64,000 bases of DNA, from IMG/VR virus record IMGVR_UViG_3300020360_000085, positions 96,001-160,000 of that record. One strand, 5' to 3'. Position numbers and translations under genes: made by a program. The notes below the pieces were generated by a model, which made no database searches, was not told the origin of the DNA, and saw nothing but the letters and a program-made list of their open reading frames with translations. Numbering within the stretch: the first letter of the stretch is position 1; each line of letters starts with the position of its first letter. Origin of the DNA: a virus (Duplodnaviria > Caudoviricetes). Positions 60,093 to 64,000 of this stretch are shown here, piece after piece.

Positions 60093-60500
60093 ATGAATTT
60101 AAAGACAGCAATGAAAACAGTTTTATGGGATAAAGCATTAGATTTTAAAGGCAGAGCAAGTAGAGGCGAGTTTTGGTGGTTTACCCTTGGAATATTCAGT
60201 ATCGCATTTGTTGTAGCAATAATTGAAATGGCTATATGGGGTATAGACGCATATCCTTTTGGCGGGCCATTAATTATAGGATTACAACTTCTTACAGTAA
60301 TGCAAAGTTTAGCAGTAACTTCTAGAAGAATACAAGATAGAGGACATAGTGGTTGGTGGCAATTACTATATCTAACTATACTAGGAACGTTTGTGGTAAT
60401 GTATTGGACATTAAGATCTCCTAAAACTAAAAACAATCAGTGGGGAATTAATCCACGTATTGCAGAACTTAAAGAAGAACAAAAGAACTTACCTAAGTAG
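60093..60500 (+). CDS. DUF805 family inner-membrane protein
   Basis: FKGRASRGEFWWF and RRIQDRGHSGWWQLL motifs. AAGGA RBS supports a start at 60093. Confidence 0.85.
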   Translation: MNLKTAMKTVLWDKALDFKGRASRGEFWWFTLGIFSIAFVVAIIEMAIWGIDAYPFGGPLIIGLQLLTVMQSLAVTSRRIQDRGHSGWWQLLYLTILGTFVVMYWTLRSPKTKNNQWGINPRIAELKEEQKNLPK

Positions 60501-60506
60501 TTTAAC

Positions 60507-60534
60507 AAGCCAGTTCATATTAACTGGCTTTTTT
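60507..60534 (+). terminator. Rho-independent terminator, copy 2
   Basis: AAGCCAGTT-CATATT-AACTGGCTT followed by a T-run; same stem as copy 1. Confidence 0.9.
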
Positions 60535-60553
60535 CTGACCAATAAATATATAC

Positions 60554-60913
60554 ATGAGTACACGTTTGACTAAAGCATTAGAGTTTGCGAATTATCGCAC
60601 GACTTTAAATAACCAGCAATCACAACTAAAAGCAAAAATACAAAACCAATTAAGTTACAGTATTAATGGTGGGTCTTTTACAATCAATAGGGAACTAATA
60701 ACATTCGTTAAATTACTTATTGATGACGGAGAAAAAGAAGCAGTATTGCTTGATATCTATAACAATCCTATTAACATATTACTAGAAAGTTTTTACGAGG
60801 AAATTAAAAGCAGATATTATGAAGCAACAAACGATTACTATGCAGAATATGAAAAACTTCGTAAAGCAAGAAAAGTACATAAAATATTGGACTTAAACGA
60901 TGAAGGAAATTAA
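60554..60913 (+). CDS. Hypothetical protein
   Basis: 119 aa, preceded by AATAAATA-tatac-ATG with no RBS. Confidence 0.65.
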   Translation: MSTRLTKALEFANYRTTLNNQQSQLKAKIQNQLSYSINGGSFTINRELITFVKLLIDDGEKEAVLLDIYNNPINILLESFYEEIKSRYYEATNDYYAEYEKLRKARKVHKILDLNDEGN

Positions 60914-61595
60914 TTATCTATTCGATGTAGATGGAACACTTACACCTAGTAGAGGAGTAATCGATAGTGAGTTTAAAAAATGGTTTATAAATTTTGCCTC
61001 TGTTAAAAGTGTAATACTTGTTACGGGCAGTGATAGAGATAAAACACTAGAGCAATTAGGAGAATCCATATATAAAAAATGTAAGAGAGTTTATAATTGC
61101 AGTGGTAATGATGTTTATGAACAAGACAAACAAATAAAATTTAACGAATGGAAACTACCTATAGATGCTCAGCAATGGTTACAATTTAAATTAGATCATA
61201 GTCCATTTGATTTGAGAACAGGGTTACATTTTGAACACAGAACTGGAATGTGTAATTTTAGTGTGGTAGGACGTAATGCAAACGTACAAGAACGCAAACA
61301 ATATTACAATTATGATTGTGATACAAACGAAAGAATAAAAATATCAGAAGCATTTAATAAAAAATATCCTGACTTACAGGCAAAAGTAGGAGGAGAAACA
61401 GGCTTAGATATTTTCCCCATAGGTTGTGATAAAGGCCAAGTATTACAAGACTTTGATATAGATACAATTAAATTTTTTGGTGACAGATGCGACCCTCAGG
61501 GTAATGATTATCCTATTTCAAAATTATTAAAACCACATCAAGTTTATGCTGTAAAGAATTGGAAACAATGTTGGGAGTTTTTACAAAATGTCTAA
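60900..61595 (+). CDS. HAD-IIB phosphomannomutase-like enzyme (eukaryote-type PMM family)
   Basis: LFDVDGTLT, VTGSD, EHRTGMCNFS.VGR, DKG and FFGD...GND motifs. Confidence 0.8.
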   Translation: MKEINYLFDVDGTLTPSRGVIDSEFKKWFINFASVKSVILVTGSDRDKTLEQLGESIYKKCKRVYNCSGNDVYEQDKQIKFNEWKLPIDAQQWLQFKLDHSPFDLRTGLHFEHRTGMCNFSVVGRNANVQERKQYYNYDCDTNERIKISEAFNKKYPDLQAKVGGETGLDIFPIGCDKGQVLQDFDIDTIKFFGDRCDPQGNDYPISKLLKPHQVYAVKNWKQCWEFLQNV

Positions 61596-62472
61596 AGGAT
61601 TTATGATGTTTGCTCATAACAATAGTGAGATAGATTATCTTAAACTTGCAGTTGTAAATGCTTTGCTAATACAAAAAAATTTAGGCGTAAAAAATATAAC
61701 AGTAGTAACAGACCCATTTAGTTTAGAACATGCAGAAAAAACACTAGGAAAAAAATTAATAAAAAAAGCAATTAACAATTTAATTGTTGTAGACAAAGAC
61801 AAAAAATTTAAAAATACTAATATTAGACTTTATAAAGATACAAGTCATACAGTAAAAAATTTATCCTTTTATAATGTAAACAGATGTGATGCATATGATT
61901 TAAGTCCTTACGATGAGACTATATTATTAGATGCAGATTATTTAATTTTAAGTAACACACTAAATCAATGTTGGGGACATAATAATGAACTTATGATGAA
62001 CTGGAAATATCAGGACATAATGTTTGAGAGAAAAGATCCATCATTAAACAGATTATATGATATGGGTATAACAATGTATTGGGCAACTGTGGTTTACTTT
62101 CGTAAAACAGATTATGTGGAAAGTTTTTTTAATTTAGTCAAACATGTTAAAAATAATCCACAATACTACAGAGACTTATATAAGTGGCAAGGTACTCTAT
62201 ACAGAAACGATTACAGTTTTTCTATTGCCGCACATATGATGAGTGGTTTTGTTGATAAAGGAATACCACAGTTGCCTACTACTCTTTATAAAAGTTTTGA
62301 TACAGATGATATACATAGTGCTATTGATAATAATAGTATTATAATGTATTTAGAAAAGCCTAAAGAGCCAGGTAATTTTATTTTAAGTAAATGGTCAGAT
62401 ATGGATCTACATGTTATGAATAAATGGGCAATAAATAGAATTAGTGATAATTTATTGGAGTATGCAAATTAA
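61588..62472 (+). CDS. Glycosyltransferase-like protein (GT-A fold)
   Basis: SPYDETILLDADY DxD motif and YRNDYSFS late motif. Confidence 0.7.
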   Translation: MSKGFMMFAHNNSEIDYLKLAVVNALLIQKNLGVKNITVVTDPFSLEHAEKTLGKKLIKKAINNLIVVDKDKKFKNTNIRLYKDTSHTVKNLSFYNVNRCDAYDLSPYDETILLDADYLILSNTLNQCWGHNNELMMNWKYQDIMFERKDPSLNRLYDMGITMYWATVVYFRKTDYVESFFNLVKHVKNNPQYYRDLYKWQGTLYRNDYSFSIAAHMMSGFVDKGIPQLPTTLYKSFDTDDIHSAIDNNSIIMYLEKPKEPGNFILSKWSDMDLHVMNKWAINRISDNLLEYAN

Positions 62473-62701
62473 ATTTTTAAAAAAATTAAAAGACTGGATA
62501 GATCCAAACTATTGGGCAAATGAAATAGGCGAAAAAAGTGGCGCCTATGACAAAGCAAGAAACAGCAAATTGAGACAATGGGTAGACAGTTTAGAAGGTT
62601 GGCAATGGTGGGCATGGCAATTAGGTCCTGCACTAATATTTTTTATATTATTAGAGTTAGCCATTAACCAAATAGGAATGACTATGCTACCATGGAGATA
62701 A
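62462..62701 (+). CDS. Small Trp-rich membrane protein
   Basis: GGAG RBS and ATG at 62462. WQWWAWQLG is followed by a hydrophobic helix. Confidence 0.6.
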   Translation: MQIKFLKKLKDWIDPNYWANEIGEKSGAYDKARNSKLRQWVDSLEGWQWWAWQLGPALIFFILLELAINQIGMTMLPWR

Positions 62702-62702
62702 A

Positions 62703-62930
62703 ATGGCAAAAAAATTTATACATGTAAATATGCATAAAATTCGTGCTAACAAAAAACACGGTACTAATGAACCAGTAATTACAGTAAAAGAAGGACGTAG
62801 TAACACTTATGGTCATAGTGTTGAAATACATGGGCCAAGTAAAGTAATGTATGGAGGCAATGACAAGCCTCTACTACCTTGTGGTGCAAGAGTAGTTATA
62901 GAAACAGAAGCAGAGGTAACTATAGAATGA
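62703..62930 (+). CDS. Small conserved phage hypothetical protein
   Basis: IHVNMHKIRAN...EPVITVK...LLPCGARVVIET; tightly packed with its neighbours. Confidence 0.65.
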   Translation: MAKKFIHVNMHKIRANKKHGTNEPVITVKEGRSNTYGHSVEIHGPSKVMYGGNDKPLLPCGARVVIETEAEVTIE

Positions 62931-63403
62931 AAGATCCATTTTTAATTATAGGCTACATGCTATTAGGACTTATGTTAAGTTTTGAAATAAATGCACAACC
63001 TAGTATATATGAAATTAAAAAACATATACAAGATGAACCTTTTGACTTTGTACAAATGAAACAAGATGCAGAAGCATATAAAATTTTGTTGTTTAGAGAA
63101 AGGGAAAGAAGATTACAATTTGTTGAGATAGACAAATATCCAACACCACAAGAACGTAGAAGATACTATATTTTACATGCTATAGATGTTAGTATGACTA
63201 TATGGGCATTAAACAATCGCGACAACATTAGGGAAGGTAATATATTTTTAAGTGACAATCCAAGCAATCAAACATTAATAACAAATAAATTATTAGCAAT
63301 ACCAATTTATCAAAATAGTAATCAGCCACAAGTAGTAGTAATGAATTACATTACAAGTACAGTAATTTTACATAACTTATATGTAATAAACAAATATGAC
63401 TAG
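62927..63403 (+). CDS. Hypothetical protein with N-terminal signal/TM segment
   Basis: ATGA overlap with the previous stop at 62927. N-terminus MKDPFLIIGYMLLGLMLSFEINA. Confidence 0.55.
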   Translation: MKDPFLIIGYMLLGLMLSFEINAQPSIYEIKKHIQDEPFDFVQMKQDAEAYKILLFRERERRLQFVEIDKYPTPQERRRYYILHAIDVSMTIWALNNRDNIREGNIFLSDNPSNQTLITNKLLAIPIYQNSNQPQVVVMNYITSTVILHNLYVINKYD

Positions 63404-64000
63404 AGGTTACATAGTAATAGCACAAAACAACGATACTGTTGATTATTTACAACAGGCATATGCCCTTGCACTTAATTTAAAACTTACACAGAGCAAGGTC
63501 AACAGTCTGACAGTATGTGTAGATGCTAAGACTAAAAAACTTATAAAAGCAAAACATAAAGAAGCATTTGATAATATTGTTGATATTCCTTGGCAAGATG
63601 ATGCAAAAGAACAAGATTGGAAGATAAACAACAAATGGAAATATTATTATATGACTCCATATGATGAAACTGTTATATTAGATACTGATATGATATTTCC
63701 TACAGATGTAAGTCATTGGTGGGATATTATGTCTCAACGAGATGTGTGGGCAACTACAAAGGTGAGGACATATAGAGGAGAAATTGTTACAAGTAATTTT
63801 TATAGAAAATATTTTGCGGCAAATAATTTGCCAAATGTATATACAGCATTTTTTTACTTTAAAAAATCAGATTTAGCAAGTGAATTATTTGCAATGATAG
63901 AAATAATTTTTCAACACTGGCAAAGAATGTTTTTTAAATATATGCCTGAGGGTAAGCCAGATTGGCTAAGTGGAGACGTTGCTTATGCTCTTGCTATGCA
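63396..64000 (+). CDS. Second glycosyltransferase-like protein (partial, runs off the window end)
   Basis: Absent from the ORF track. Reads MTRGYIVIAQNNDTVDYLQQAYALAL...MTPYDETVILDTDM and is a paralogue of 61588-62472. Confidence 0.75.
   Translation, partial: MTRGYIVIAQNNDTVDYLQQAYALALNLKLTQSKVNSLTVCVDAKTKKLIKAKHKEAFDNIVDIPWQDDAKEQDWKINNKWKYYYMTPYDETVILDTDMIFPTDVSHWWDIMSQRDVWATTKVRTYRGEIVTSNFYRKYFAANNLPNVYTAFFYFKKSDLASELFAMIEIIFQHWQRMFFKYMPEGKPDWLSGDVAYALAM

Noticed and set aside
1-64000. Stop-codon recoding, as seen in some jumbo phages
   Set aside because: Genes up to 18.7 kb are intact in the standard code, and TAG and TGA terminate genes normally (for example 18544, 57029, 62930).

Overview
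AT-rich fragment of a large T4-related (jumbo-type) contractile-tailed phage genome. It uses the standard genetic code and contains no rRNA, tRNA, CRISPR array or transposase that I can support. From left to right: (1) a minus-strand tail-fibre/spike cluster with an embedded ferritin-like diiron enzyme; (2) the head module (gp23-like major capsid, gp22-like scaffold, gp21 protease, acidic core protein, gp20 portal) and a tape measure gene; (3) a divergent gp26-like plus gp51-like chaperone pair, a DenA-like GIY-YIG nuclease and a gene-free stretch of about 470 nt; (4) the gp55-gp47-gp46 operon; (5) a long plus-strand baseplate operon (tube initiator, gp53, hub, gp5-like spike, lysozyme-like ORF, gp25, gp6 and a 6236-aa giant protein) followed by fibre genes; (6) an accessory region with DUF805, a HAD phosphomannomutase-like enzyme and two glycosyltransferase-like genes. 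The best candidates for something new are: a pseudoknotted ncRNA of about 380 nt behind its own late promoter (19191-19570), followed by a cluster of C-GNA-G DNA mini-hairpins; a correctly phased -1 frameshift signal that would fuse the gp26-like and gp51-like ORFs in the manner of lambda G/G-T; late-promoter boxes exactly 5 nt upstream of ATG, suggesting leaderless late mRNAs; a lysozyme apparently split over two ORFs; and a DUF805 moron flanked by duplicated terminators. All family calls come from motif recognition by eye; no database search was run.
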